From: Zygnema circumcarinatum SAG 698-1b
Taxonomy: Eukaryota > Plantae > Zygnematophyceae
Reading direction: 5' to 3'
DNA: 64,000 nt
Assembly: GCA_037447605.1 (NCBI GenBank)
Contig: CM074814.1
Span: 2,728,001 to 2,792,000 of the forward strand
The stretch's first letter is position 1, and every line of letters starts with the position of its first letter. A program made the position numbers and the translations under genes. Below, one piece after another: positions 28,540-49,780 of this stretch. The notes below the pieces were generated by a model, which had not been told where the DNA came from, did no database searches, and saw nothing but the letters and a program-made list of their open reading frames with translations.

Positions 28540-29255
28540 GTTGCAACCATTGGTTGGCTATTCAGTCAATGGTTGGCAGCCATTGGTTCTCAACCATTGC
28601 CGATGTCTGGCTGAGTCCGTCATTCAATGGTTGGATGGGTCCGCCATGCAATTGTTGGACAACCATTGCCAATGGCTGGCTGGTCCGCCATTCAATGGTT
28701 GGATGGCTCAGCCTTGCAATTGTTGGAGAACCATTGCTAATGGTTGGATGGGTCCCCTTGCCATTGTTGGAGAACCATTGCCAATGGTTGGATGGGTCCG
28801 CCTTGCCATGGTTTGACAACCATTGCCAATGGTTGCCCGAGTCCGTATTCAATGGTTGGAAGGGTCCGCCTTGCCATGGCTTGACAACCACTGCCAATGG
28901 TTGCCTGAGTCCGGCATTCAATGGTTGGATGAGTCCCCTTGCCATGGTTTGACAACCATTACCAATGGTTGCCTAAGTCCGCCATCCAATGGTTGGATGG
29001 GTCCCCTTGCTATGGTTTGACAACCATTGCCAATGGTTGCCTGAGTCCGCCATTCTATGGTTGGATGGGTCCCCTTGCCATGGTTTGAACAACCATTGCC
29101 AATGGTTGCCTGAATCCGCCATTCAATGGTTGGATGGGTCCGCCTTGCCATGGTTTGACAACCATTTCCAATGGCTGGCTCAGTCCGCCATTCAATGCTT
29201 GGGTACAACCAAGCACTGCCAACGGTTGACACTATTGCCAATGGTTGGTTGGCTG
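28540..29255. repeat. Palindrome-rich minisatellite, 68-bp core unit
   Basis: The anchor GACAACCA (one copy with an extra A) recurs at 28815, 28883, 28951, 29019, 29087, 29157. Each unit holds CAACCATTG-C-CAATGGTTG, CCATTCAATGG and CCATGG. Shorter, degenerate units lie to the left. Confidence 0.95.
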
Positions 29256-29629
29256 GTTAGTACCAACGTGGACAGAAATCCCAGTCGAGCCGTCGGTTGG
29301 GACGGAGGGGGTTGCCGGCCGGCAGCGACCGGCAGGTCCTTGTCTGCCGGCCGGCAGGTGCCGGCAGGCTGCAGACTGCAGGGAGAAAGCTGGAGGTGGA
29401 GCAGCTGTAATGGCCGTTGGTCACCTCTTTTTCTAAGCAGGTCCACCAAGGAAACAGCAAAAATAAAACATATTTGAAAGCCAAAATCTGGCTCTTTTCT
29501 TTAAGTTGCCAAATATTCTGCGCGTTTTGTACTCCGAAAATATTTAAATTCCTCTTCAGTTTCGCACGTTTTGCAGATTTGTCAAAGAGAACAGGGGAAG
29601 TCTCATAGCATTTGTTGGAAAGAAAGAGA

Positions 29630-30033
29630 ATGAATGCAGCAAAGCTGCGGGAGTGTTACCAGCAGACGCAGGTCTTGCTTTCAGAACTGCAGGCCCTTGG
29701 TGCAGATTCTTATGGTATTGACAGAGCGAATGCTAAACATCAGCAGCTTGTCAGGCTCGCTATTCAGCTCAAGCACGGGACAGAATCTCTCGCTGATCAA
29801 GAGTCCGCCTCTATCTGGAAAGAGTAAGTGCAATAGTGTCTGAACAAGCCTCCGATGGAAGCGATTTTAGGTAGTTTGGCAGTAACAGGCCCGCCACGGC
29901 TGAAAGGCTGCGTTGACGATTATTTTGGTCTGAATGGCTCTCATTTTTAAAAAACTTTCGAAGGAATTTTTAAATTTGTTACTTACTATTTCTGCATTGT
30001 CAAATTTCGCCTCCGCATTCCTTGGCTCTCTCT

Positions 30034-30091
<58 letters not shown>

Positions 30092-33000
30092 TCTCTTTTC
30101 ACTTTCTCTCCCTCTCTCCCTTCAATCTGATCGGCAGGCGTTTCGCTAAGCTTCACGAGGACTTGGTGTCTGTCACTGCACTCCGGCTTCAAAGAGATGG
30201 GCAGGTAAAGTTTCGTCAGGAATGTTGGTCCATAAATACAAACGACTTGTCGTGAAGCTAAAGGTGATCCAAGAACTTTTTGCCTCCTGCATGCAATAAA
30301 TGATATCATTAGCAACTCTGATCCTGGCGCATTGCAGTGCATTAGGCTGCAAAGGTCCGAGGAGAAGCTAATGAGATGCTCATGATATCATTTGTTGCAT
30401 AAAGGAGGAAGTTCTTGGATCACCTTCAGCTTCAAAATGAGTCGATGCTATTCATGGATCAAGAGTACTGATTCCTGAGATTATGTGACAATGTAGTCCA
30501 TTGCAATGATTGTTGTTATTTTTCATTCGCACTCGCACTGATGATAAAGCACGTTGAAATTCGCAAATTTACGCTCTCTAATTGACGAGAGGAATGTCTC
30601 AGGGAAGCAGATAAATCCTGTTCATCAAAGAAATAGACCTCGTGCATCTATCCTGATCTGCTGTGTATTATATCTCTCCAATTTGTCTGCAGTCGAGCGA
30701 GCAGTTTTGGGATGGCTGTGTTCGCCTCTTGGTGAGTTAACTGTACGCCCTTATAATTGGTGCTGCAAATTCAAATTACGTACTGATTTTCTGAAACAAT
30801 CATAAATTCCAAATGGTTTCAATCATAAAAAAGTACCAAATGGTTTCAGTGAGAACCAGAACCATCTGCAGCTTATGTATTGGACCACCTGCCAGTTTTC
30901 TCTCGAATGCCGACATTGCTTGTTGACAGTATGCAGGAGCATCAGCTTACACTCAAATGGAAGCTGAAATAGCAAACCTGCAAGCACAGCAGCATATTCA
31001 AGTGGAGGAAAGGACTAAACTGGACGCCGTGCTTCAGAACAGCGTATGAGCTTACACCCTGCAGCAATTTCTTTTATTCACAACGTTTTTTCTTTTGTCA
31101 ATGACATTCTTTCTTTAGAGATGTGTTTGCCCTTGAACGTGTCGAATGCTTTTGATGTGTATAACTGAGAATTTCATCATCTCCTGATATTAAGCGATGC
31201 AGAATCAGCAACAGGAAGCCACAGCGAAAGAAATTTTAGAGCTTCGAACAAGAGTTGTCGTTTTGCAGCAAGAAGTTCAGAGGCGAGATGCGGATGCAAG
31301 GTAAGGGTTTTTTTTTGGCAGCTCCTCCTAACCAGTCAGCAGAAGCAGAAAGGAAATATCTAGACTATCATGCATTCTTTGTTTGAGGAAGGGTATTCTT
31401 TAGTTGAAAGAAAAGGTACAGACATTCTATCAGAAAAAATAGGAATCTGTCAAGTAACAAAAAATGCATATGTGGCAGGGATCTCCAGCAGCAGTTGCAA
31501 GTGACTTTGAAGGAGCGAGAGGCTCTACATGCAGAGAGAGAGAATCTACTTATGGAGAGAAGAAAGAATGCTCAAGTGCTAGAGCGGCAGGTACCTTTGC
31601 TGTCAGCTATTGGACAAGCATTTTTGGGATTGCTTGCCAGACCTTCAAAATTGCAAACCTACGAATTTCAGCAAGTGTAATTTTTTATTCTCCGATTCTT
31701 TCTCGGAGCTTTCTTGATGGAAAAGGAGTGGCGTGGATAGCACGCACTTAACGGCATTGAAATCGTCATGTTTGCCTTTGAGAACTGAAATGTCGGCCTT
31801 CATTAGGGCTTCAAGAATGCTGAAACTCAAGAATAAATAGGGCTGAAGCTTCATTCATTGTTAGTAACGTGTGTGGGGGGGCAGACGAAAGTAATTGGAC
31901 AGCTAATGGAACGAAGTGAGTCGAATATTCGGGAGAGGGATGAAGCAGTGGAGACTCTCAAGCAGGTGGATGAGGACAACCATATGCTGCGAGTGAACCT
32001 CCATCAGCATACCTTGGTATGTATGTGCGCAATCACGCGGAAAAAGTGATGTTTTGTAAAACTTGAAATTTTTGGCATGCATGATATGACATGTTCTTTA
32101 TCCCAGTCACTCGTCCAATTCCTACTTCCGCCTCTCCAATTGCACCTCTCTCGTCGCTATCCCTATCCCTTCCCGTTCCACTCCCCCTTCTCTATCCAAC
32201 CTCTCTCTAATTTGTTCTTCCTTTCCCTCTCCCTCTACTCCTTTCCGTCGCAAATCACAGTCCCTCTACTGCACACCCTCCTCCAGTCACCCGCTTTCTC
32301 TTGCTTTACCTTCCCTCTCCCTGTTCTCCTCCCCTCCCTCTTCCGAGATAAAGCTGCTTGTTCATGTGTTGCTTGGATCATGGAGGCTTGGTGGTTTCCA
32401 GATGGTGGAAAAGCTCATAGGCTTAAACACGGAGGTGATGGACACTGCCAACCGACATGCACTGCTGAGGGAGGAACTGCAACGCCAGCTTCAAGAAGAG
32501 CGTCGGTCACGTTTAGAGAAGGGCATTGGAAACCGGACCTGCAACGGGCAGGATACACATGATGCAGAACATTCAATGGAGGAAGATGCTGTTCCGGTAT
32601 CTACGTCTGCGCAGGTTGAAGATGTGGGACCGGCAGAGGAGCGTTCGTTCGACCAGAGTCATGCAGCTGTGCCTCGAACCTATTCTTGGAAGTCTCAAGA
32701 CTCTGACGGGGGAGAGGAAACTTGGAGGAAGGAGCATGAGAACGGAAATAATAGACCAGTAGGCGATGATGGACGGACTACTTCTCACGGCGATTCCTTA
32801 AGTAATCGCCAGCAAGCGGCAGCTTTGGAGAGGCAGAATGGGGATAATGATTCATCGAAGCCGCAGGTTGGCTGTTGCCTTTTTGCATTTTGTGCTTGCA
32901 TATTTGCATAAGTCTTGATGCTGGGACTTGTCATTATGTATGCTAAGGCGTTTTTCGAGGTTTAGGAATTGGTGTGAGGTGCTTTTACTACAAACTAACT

Positions 33001-33289
33001 GGCTAACTTTCTATGTGGTTTATCCTTCCAGGAACATGGGAAAGACGGGGCGGAGAAGGACCACCAAAAGGCAAGAGCCTGGACATCAGAGATGTTGGAA
33101 TTGAGCTACAATGCTGCTCATGAAAAAGTGCAAGAGGACGAAGAAAGGAAGGCGGCTCTTTCTGAGGAGAGCCGGATAGAAAGTAAGGGGAGAGGAATAG
33201 CAGGAGGAGCGAAGAACATGCTGAGAAACGTGGGGGGGAAGGCAAAAGGCTTTTTGTTTTATGTCGCCGGCGCAGATAAAGTTGGGTGA
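29630..33289 (+). CDS. Uncharacterised coiled-coil protein, 479 aa, 8 coding exons
   Basis: GT-AG exons 29630-29823, 30138-30204, 30930-31043, 31203-31300, 31479-31590, 31885-32016, 32402-32866 and 33032-33289 sum to 1440 nt in one open frame. The product is E/Q/R/L-rich with heptad character and ends KGFLFYVAGADKVG*. Confidence 0.8.
30253..30434. repeat. Imperfect ~60-bp inverted repeat (fold-back; MITE-like or pre-miRNA-like) in intron 2 of the coiled-coil gene
   Basis: Left arm TGAAGCTAAAGGTGATCCAAGAACTT...ATGATATCATTAGCA (30253-30314) matches the reverse complement of 30377-30434. Confidence 0.85.
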
Positions 33290-34451
33290 ATCTTAACCGT
33301 TGAAACATACCCGGGGTAGTTAGAAAAGTAGTTAAAAGGGTAAAGGTGGGTACTCCACATTTTTTTGAAAGTATAAAGCTTCTTTTGAAGGAAAAAGCTG
33401 GGAAGAGAGAAGAGGGCGCGTTGATCTTTTTAAGTCAGCAGAGAAGCAGTTCTTCTGCTTCTATTTTCCCATTCAAAGAAAGCAATTTTGCTTACTGGTA
33501 GAACCTCCTACTGATCAGAAATGGCATTGAGACATGCTGAAACCTGCACGCACTCTGCGTGGTTTTCCTTATCTGCAGTGCAGACCTACTGATTGCAAAA
33601 TGTTTGCTCGAATAGGTAAAGAATAGCTTAGCTGCACTTCTTGCAGCCATTCTTGCTTCTTGCTTTCTTCTTCTTCTTTCTTCTTACTGCGTCTTCCTAT
33701 AGTAGACAGAGTTGCTTTCCTGCTTGCAGACTCAGCAAGAGGTGAATGGGCCATTCTGTCATGCAGATTTTTGTCACAAATGGGCCAACACAGACCATTT
33801 CAGCTTACATTACTTCGTCGTACCATGATCCATGCATGGCGTGAAACTTGTTCGAAACAACAGAAAAGCAGACACTGCTCTTGAAATAACAGCGGTAAAG
33901 TATAAAATTATTTGTGGTTTCGTCGACGAGCACAACACTCTCTATACAAGTAAAGCCAAAGGTACTCAACTCGGCCACTTGCTCCACCGAAGCCAGTCAC
34001 AACTACCATAACAATCTTCTATAACCCTCGTGTCGCTCCCCCCTCCCTCCCTCTCTCACTCTCTCTCACTCTCCCTCTCCCTCAAGCCCCTTCATCGGCA
34101 ACCTCTCTATCGCTCTCTCCGTCCCCTCTCCCTTCCCCTGACCCCCCTCGTCCTGCACATCCATGCAGCTTTCTGAGATACCTTATTCTGCCCTCCTCCT
34201 GGTCCTCCCAATCCCAATCCCAAGCCTATAATCTTCCTGAGCACTAGGCAACACTCCTCCCGCCATTAAAAAAACAAATATACACTAATCTTCTCCACTC
34301 CACAACTCTCAGACACCACCTTCCTCCACACTTCTGTACCTCTTATTCCCGCTCCCACTCCTCTGCCTCCCTCCCACTGCTCTCTCCCTCTCCTCCCTCT
34401 CCCTCCCACTCTCTTCCTTCTCCCCCCTCCCCCTCTCTCCGCCTGCCTCCC

Positions 34452-43598
<9,147 letters not shown>

Positions 43599-44219
43599 GA
43601 AATGGACAAAGTATAAATTGGTTTAAAGAAACAAGGTTTGCTGGAATGAAGGCGTTGAGTTTTTACGGACACGCAACGGAATGTGGTCTCTCTGGGAGCG
43701 AGGGAACTGCTAAACTGTAAAGCATTACGGTTCTATGTGAGGAGCCTGCTCCTAAATTTTAACTTTAGGTCTTAGAAATATATTAACAAAAGAGTGATCG
43801 TCTATCTATCACTTGTGCTTCTCTCCGTCTGCCTCCCCTTCGCTCTCTCTTTCCCTCCTTTCTCTCTCTCTCTTTTTCTCTCTCGCTCTCTCTCTTTTCC
43901 TCCCTCTTTCTCCTCTCTTCCTATCTCTCTCCTTCGCTCTCACTTATTCACTCCCTCTTCCCCTCTTTCCTATCCCTCCCTCCTTCCCTCTCCTTTTCCT
44001 TCCTCGGCCTCTCCCTCTCCCTCTCCCGCTCCCTCTTCCTCTTCCCCCCCTTCCCTCTCTCCCTCTCCCTCCTCTCCCTGTTCCCCCCCTCCCTCTCCCT
44101 CCCTCGCCCTCTCCCTCCCTATTCCACCCCTCCCTCTCCCTCTCCCTCTCCCTCTCCCTCTCCCTCTCCCTCCCCTCCGATCCGTCCCCCACCGCCTGAC
44201 AACCGCCGGCCTTTTGTCT

Positions 44220-44520
44220 GCTATACGTACATCCGTACGGCATCTTGTCGGCACATTCGCCACGTGTCGCTTTTCGGCTCCTTCCGGGATTTGTGCTGCC
44301 ACGGCTAGTTTCCGTATGACCTGTCCTTTTCGCAGTTTTATACATGTTCGTACACGTCCTTAACACTTTGTGTCCGTGACTCCGTACAGTGACGAATGCG
44401 CCAAAATAATGTCGGCTGGTCGGCTGGATACTGTTCGTACAGTATCGTGAATATCGCGTGTACCGTATCGTCAATGTTCAGAAAATATCGAACTTAAAAA
44501 CGGAACGGAACGGAACGGAA
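44220..44520. promoter_or_regulatory. Candidate shared promoter between divergent UGT80 and RPC8, with GTAC and AACGG clusters
   Basis: CGTAC, CCGTACGG, TCGTACA (twice), CCGTACA and TGTACC; a CCACGTG G-box-like site; (AACGG)x4 near 44498-44520. Confidence 0.5.
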
Positions 44521-45593
44521 CTGGAGGAAACGATCAAAATTTGTTACAACAGTTTTTTACTGAACGCAAATTTCGCCGCATGGAACGGTGCATTGGAAAC
44601 TCTTGCAATTTTAGTTTGCAGGGTTGAAAAAAAAAAGGAAGGGGATTTCAAGGGTTCAGACTCAGGGTTTCACTATCCTTCAAGAAAAAAAAAATTGCTG
44701 TATTGTTTTTTTCTTTTTTTTTAAGATGCAGGGTTCAGCGACTGCACGTGTAGGGTTTAAGGAATTGGAAGATACTGAGAATGTCATTTTACTTCGATTT
44801 CAGAGCATCCTAAAATCCTAGCACCACCCTAAACCCTAAAACTCCTAAAACTCCGATCGCTTGACAGGGTTCAGAAACCTGAGCAAGCCCTGTAAACACT
44901 CTAAAACTCTACCTCCCGGAAGAGCTTCCAAAACCCTAAAGCCCCGCAATTGCCGTTCTCCTTCTGAACCCTTCCCCCCCTCCCCACCCCCCCCCCNNNN
45001 NNNNNNAGGCGGGAGAGGGGGAGGGAGCGGGTGATGGAGGGGGAGTGACCGGTGGAGGGGGGGGACGGGGGGTGAGAGGGGGAGTGAGAGGGAGAGCGAG
45101 GCGGGAGAGAGGGTGGGAGGGAGGGGGAAGGAGGGGGGGGGAGTGAGAGGGAGATGGGGAGGGAGGCAGGCGAGAAGGGGGGAGGGGGGGCTGGGGGAGA
45201 AATGGAGGGAGCGGTCGGAGGAGGGATGTGGGGGGAGAGGTGGTAAAGAGGGAGGGGGTGCGGGAGAGGGGGGTGGAGGAGGGAAAGGGAGAGGGAGAGG
45301 AGAGGGGCAGGGAAGGGAAGGGGGTCGGGACAGGGAAAGAGAGGGTAGGGACTGGGGGAGTGGGAGGGGTGAGGCAGACGGGGGGAGAGGGGGAGGCGGA
45401 GGGTGGAGAGAGGGGCAGATGAAGGAGGGAAGTGGGAGCGGGAGGAGAAAACGAGACGTGTGGCAGGAAAAGGGTGGAAGAGGAATGGGAGGTAGAGGTT
45501 GATATAGAAGGACGAGGGGCGAATGAGCAGGGGGAGAGAGTGAGGGAGAGAGAGAGAGAGAAAGAGAGTGACAGGTGAGTGGGAGAGGCGCAG

Positions 45594-47408
45594 GTGGTGG
45601 GAGAGCACGGGCTGTGTGTGGCTTTGTATGACGTGCAGGCAGTGGAGGGCGGCTTTGTGTTTCCCTCTGATGGAGCTCCACACTTTACAGTCAGTTTCCT
45701 AGTGCACCCCTGGGGAAGTTTTTTTCGTTTTTATTCCTTCTGAGCATGTTCAACTCCAAAAGAAAAAAGAGGAAAGAAATCAAGATAAAAAAGAAGATTG
45801 GGGGGTGGGGGTGGGGGGAAGGATGGGGGGGGGGGAGGGAGGAGGAAATGCGCAGCTCTCGCAAAGCCCAAGTTTTTTCCTTGTTCTGAGTGAATTCATT
45901 GTTCATTACCGAGCAGGTTCGGTTTCGTCTCGTAATGTTTCGTCCATTTGTCGGAGAAATTCTCGTCGGAAAGTTGACCGGCTGCGACTCAACGGGACTC
46001 TATGGTGCGTAGTTTTTCGGCCGTCCTCAAAAGTTAGGTCTCATTGAGATGAAGGGCATTTTTCCTTTCGTTTTGCGAATTTGGCCTGCTTATAATTTGA
46101 AGTTTTATAGTCTTTGGGAGCCCTGCAAACTAGAGATCCCATGAATTCATTACTCTCTAAAAACCGTAAATTGCCCTTAATCTGTCCAAATGACCGTACA
46201 GTACATGTCAGTCTATTTGAGAATCTTCACAGCACATGAAACCCTAATAGCATCAGGAAACCTGAAGCGGATGTAAGGAGGCGTGCGTGCACAGTGAGTC
46301 TCGGCTTCTTTAGCGACATTCACATCCCGGAGCACCTTCTGCAGGCACCCTCTGAATTGTAACTATCGCTCTCTCTCTCTCTCCCTCCCCCTACGCCTCC
46401 CCCTCCCCCTCCCCGTCCNNNNNNNNNNTCCCCCTCCCCCTCCCGTGCTTTCTCTTACCTTTCTTCTGCATGGAGGACGCAGTGACGCAGCGGAGAAGTT
46501 GTGGGTTTGGAAGTTTAACGGAAATGACATGTTCATGGATTTGGAGGAGGAGGTGAGATGGGCTGCTTTGTACCCCGACCTGTTAACAGTTCATTGATAA
46601 CTAATTGTTGCTTTTTTTTTCTCGTATCACCAATTGGCGACGGATATTGCTTCTGGTCAATGGGTAAAACGGTTTGTACAGTTTGGGAAAGTAGAAAAGT
46701 GTGACCCAGGGAGAGAGAGAGAGAGCGAGAGAGAGGGGAGAGAGAGGAACGTGTTCTTAAGGTTTTACAATTTCTGGCGGGGCAGATTCGCTTCCGCGTG
46801 TCGCAGGTGAAGTTTCCGCCAATTCCTGTTGCGCAAGAGAAGGGTGCAAAGCCGTTTGCCCCTATGCAAATAACGGTACTCTCAATCCTCTCCCTCTCTC
46901 GCTCTTTCTTTCTCTTTCTCTCTCTCTCTCTCTCCCTCCCCCCCACTAACCCTCTTGCTCCCCTCTCTCGTCCGCTTCCCTTCCCCCTCCCCCCTCCCCC
47001 TCCCCCTCTCCCGTCCCCCCTCCCCCTTTTCCCTCTTCCCTCTCCCTCTCCCCTCGTCCCCCTCTCCTTCTCCCCTCACCCGTCCTCCCCCCTCCCGTCC
47101 TCCCCCCTCCCTCTTGCCCTCTCTCTCCCTCTTTTTCCTCTTGCCCTCTCCCATCCCCACCTCCCCTCTTCCTCGCCCCGCTTCCCCCGCTCCTTCTCCC
47201 CTTCCCCTCCTTCCCCTTCCCCCACTTTCACCCTCTCGCACCCTCTCTCACCCTCTCCCCTCTCCGCTGTCTCCATCCTCGCCCTTCCCCCCTCTCTCCA
47301 CTCCCTCTCACTCTCTCTCACACACTCACTCGTAGGGGCCCCTCCCTCCCTCCCTCGCAGGGAGACATCAACGCTGACGGCCTCGGCCTCGTCTCATGGT
47401 GGTCGTGA
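45594..47408 (+). CDS. RPC8: RNA polymerase III subunit RPC8 (C25, RPB7-like); first coding exon not visible
   Basis: Exons 45594-45689, 45917-46004, 46295-46358, 46483-46552, 46786-46875 and 47361-47408 splice in frame: GLCVALYDVQAVEGGFVFPSDGAPHFT / VRFRLVMFRPFVGEILVGKL / SLGFFSDIHIP / LWVWKF / IRFRV...KPFAPMQIT / GDINADGLGLVSWWS*. The ORF track misses this gene entirely. Confidence 0.92.
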
Positions 47409-48041
47409 ATCAATTTACCGGGGGGGGGGGAAGGGGGGGGGGGGGGCNNNNNNNNNNGGGGGGGGGGGGGCTCCTCTTTATTAAAAAATAAATAAAAGAA
47501 AAGTCTTCTCTTCGTCTTCGCCTGTCTACTCCAAAACCATCACACATAGTTCAAAACATTTACTTTGTTTGTTCCCATTCTTTTTCCGTGAAAATAAATT
47601 GATTTTCCTTCTTCACTTTCCACAATGTGATGGGCAGTATTGAAGGAAGACGAATACATTTTTTTTTTTTTTTCAGACTCGGCAAACTCGAGTATGTTTT
47701 GTCGTTCGCTCTCTCAAGATTATTCCTTGTTGACGTCCGACCGTTCATTTTCCTTTCTTTGCGCTTTTTGTAAATATATGTACACGCAATGTGGTGATGA
47801 TGTGATGATTACAATCATCGATGGATATCTTCCTGTTTAAAATAATTTTTTTTTTTCTTTATGGCATGCTATTGCTGACTAATCTAAGTTGGCTAATTCA
47901 CAACTTGGCGTAACCCAATTATAATCTAGAATTAAATCTATGCGGAAATTTGGTACGCCTCTATGCTTGAACCATAAAAAAAAAATAACAAAACAGATGG
48001 TCTCCATAAGATATCATTAATATATCCCTCCTATGATCAGA

Positions 48042-48865
48042 TCAGCTCCCTCTCTCTCTCTCCATCTCCCTCTCCCTCTCCCTCTCCCTCTCCCTCTCCC
48101 TCTCCCTCTCCCTCTCCCTCTCCCTCAGTCTCTCCGCCAGTTTCCGAGCGGACAAGTCGAGCACATACTTCACATTCTTAGGCTTCAAACCGAACTTGCT
48201 ATACTCCACGAATTCCTTCACTGAAAAATCTCTAAACTCAAATTCACAGTGCGAATTTTCGAGGGGGACTGTTATCATCCTGTAGTGCCCCAGCCACGCC
48301 TTTCGGGCGTTGACTTCTAAGCAGGTCCCCCCCCTCACTATGACATGATGACCGTTGACTTCATGCACCTTGGCCACTATGACCATCCATGGGTCTATCA
48401 TCCATTTCCTCCTCCCATAGGTGGCCGCACATCCCCATTCGTGGTCTGCATGCACCCTCACATCATGCATGCAGACCGGCTTCTCTTCTCTATATAGCAT
48501 CCGCTCCACTTTCCATGTGTCAGCAGTAGAACTGTTTCCGTAGTAACAGTGCTGTACGGAATACAAAAAGTTTCCAAACGATACGGAGTGCTTGTTTTCA
48601 GTGTCCTTCATTAGGGCTCTCAGAGACTGGGAAGGAGCAAATGTGAGGTATTCGTCCACGTCGAAGTTGAACACCCATCTGAAAGTGAACAGCAAATTGG
48701 AGTTTAAGTTTTAGGGTTTATAGGGTTTTTAGGGCTTTAGAGGAAGTACAGGTCGTATAACAGAGTTACTCAAGTGAACCTGGAGCTCTCTCTCTCACTC
48801 TCTCTCCCTCTCTCTCCCTCTCTCCCCCTCTCTCNNNNNNNNNNCCTCTCCCTCTCCCCCTCCCT

Positions 48866-48896
<31 letters not shown>

Positions 48897-49694
48897 GCTC
48901 TCTCTCGCTCTACATCCCAAAGCCCCTTTTCATCGAAACCTCTCCCTCCTCCCTCCTTCCCTGTCCCTCTCTCACCTTGCAAAGTACCGAGCCCTATGAA
49001 GGCAATCGTTAAGAAACAGAACTTGGCTGAAGTAGAACACGTCATACTCCGACTGCTTCCTCCCATCTATCACATCGAGAATCTTTTTTGCTTTAAATTT
49101 CATCAACGCTTCCTCCATTGCCGAGTCCATGCCTCCCACATCGTACACATAAAAATGAACATTTCTTTCCAAAAGTTCGTAGTGGTATCTATACCATTCC
49201 CCTACTTGCTGCGCAACCATGGAATCATGGATAGGGGGGCCACAATGTGCGTATTCCACCTCATAGAACATGCTCCGTTCCACCGTTCCGTTAGAAATTG
49301 CCTCGTACAAACTGATGTTTGCTTTCTCCTCATGGAACACCGGAATTGGAGTGACTTTAACCTGCGAATCTGCAGCAAGAATAAGGGCTGGGATCATACA
49401 TGCAAAACCCTAAATTCTGAACTGAACTCTTCTAACTCTCATGCACCAAGTACTGCCCCCTCTCCCCCTCCCCCCTTCCCTCCCCATCCTCCTCCCCCCC
49501 CCTCCTACCCCCTCCCACCTCCCCCATCCTCCTTCCCCCCTCCCCCTGACCCCCCTCCCCTCCTCACTCTCTCCCCCCTCTCCCACTCTCTGCCTTTCTC
49601 TCTCCCCCTCTCTCTCTCTCGCTCTCTCCCGCTCGCTCTCCCCAACTCTCTCCCCCCTCTCCCTCTCTCTCCCCCTCTCCCTTTTTCTGTCCCT

Positions 49695-49780
<86 letters not shown>

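Noticed and set aside
28479-29477. CRISPR-like array or repeat-protein gene
   Set aside because: The sequence between palindromes is nearly identical from unit to unit (no unique spacers), there are no cas genes, the host is eukaryotic, and the 68-bp period is not a multiple of 3.
33569-33987. Two ~60-aa minus-strand ORFs between the coiled-coil gene and UGT80
   Set aside because: Short, no motif, and located where the 3'UTRs of two convergent genes are expected.
43680-43760. Possible tRNA or snoRNA upstream of UGT80
   Set aside because: No cloverleaf, T-loop GTTC or box C/D pattern could be assembled. I found no rRNA or tRNA genes anywhere in the window.
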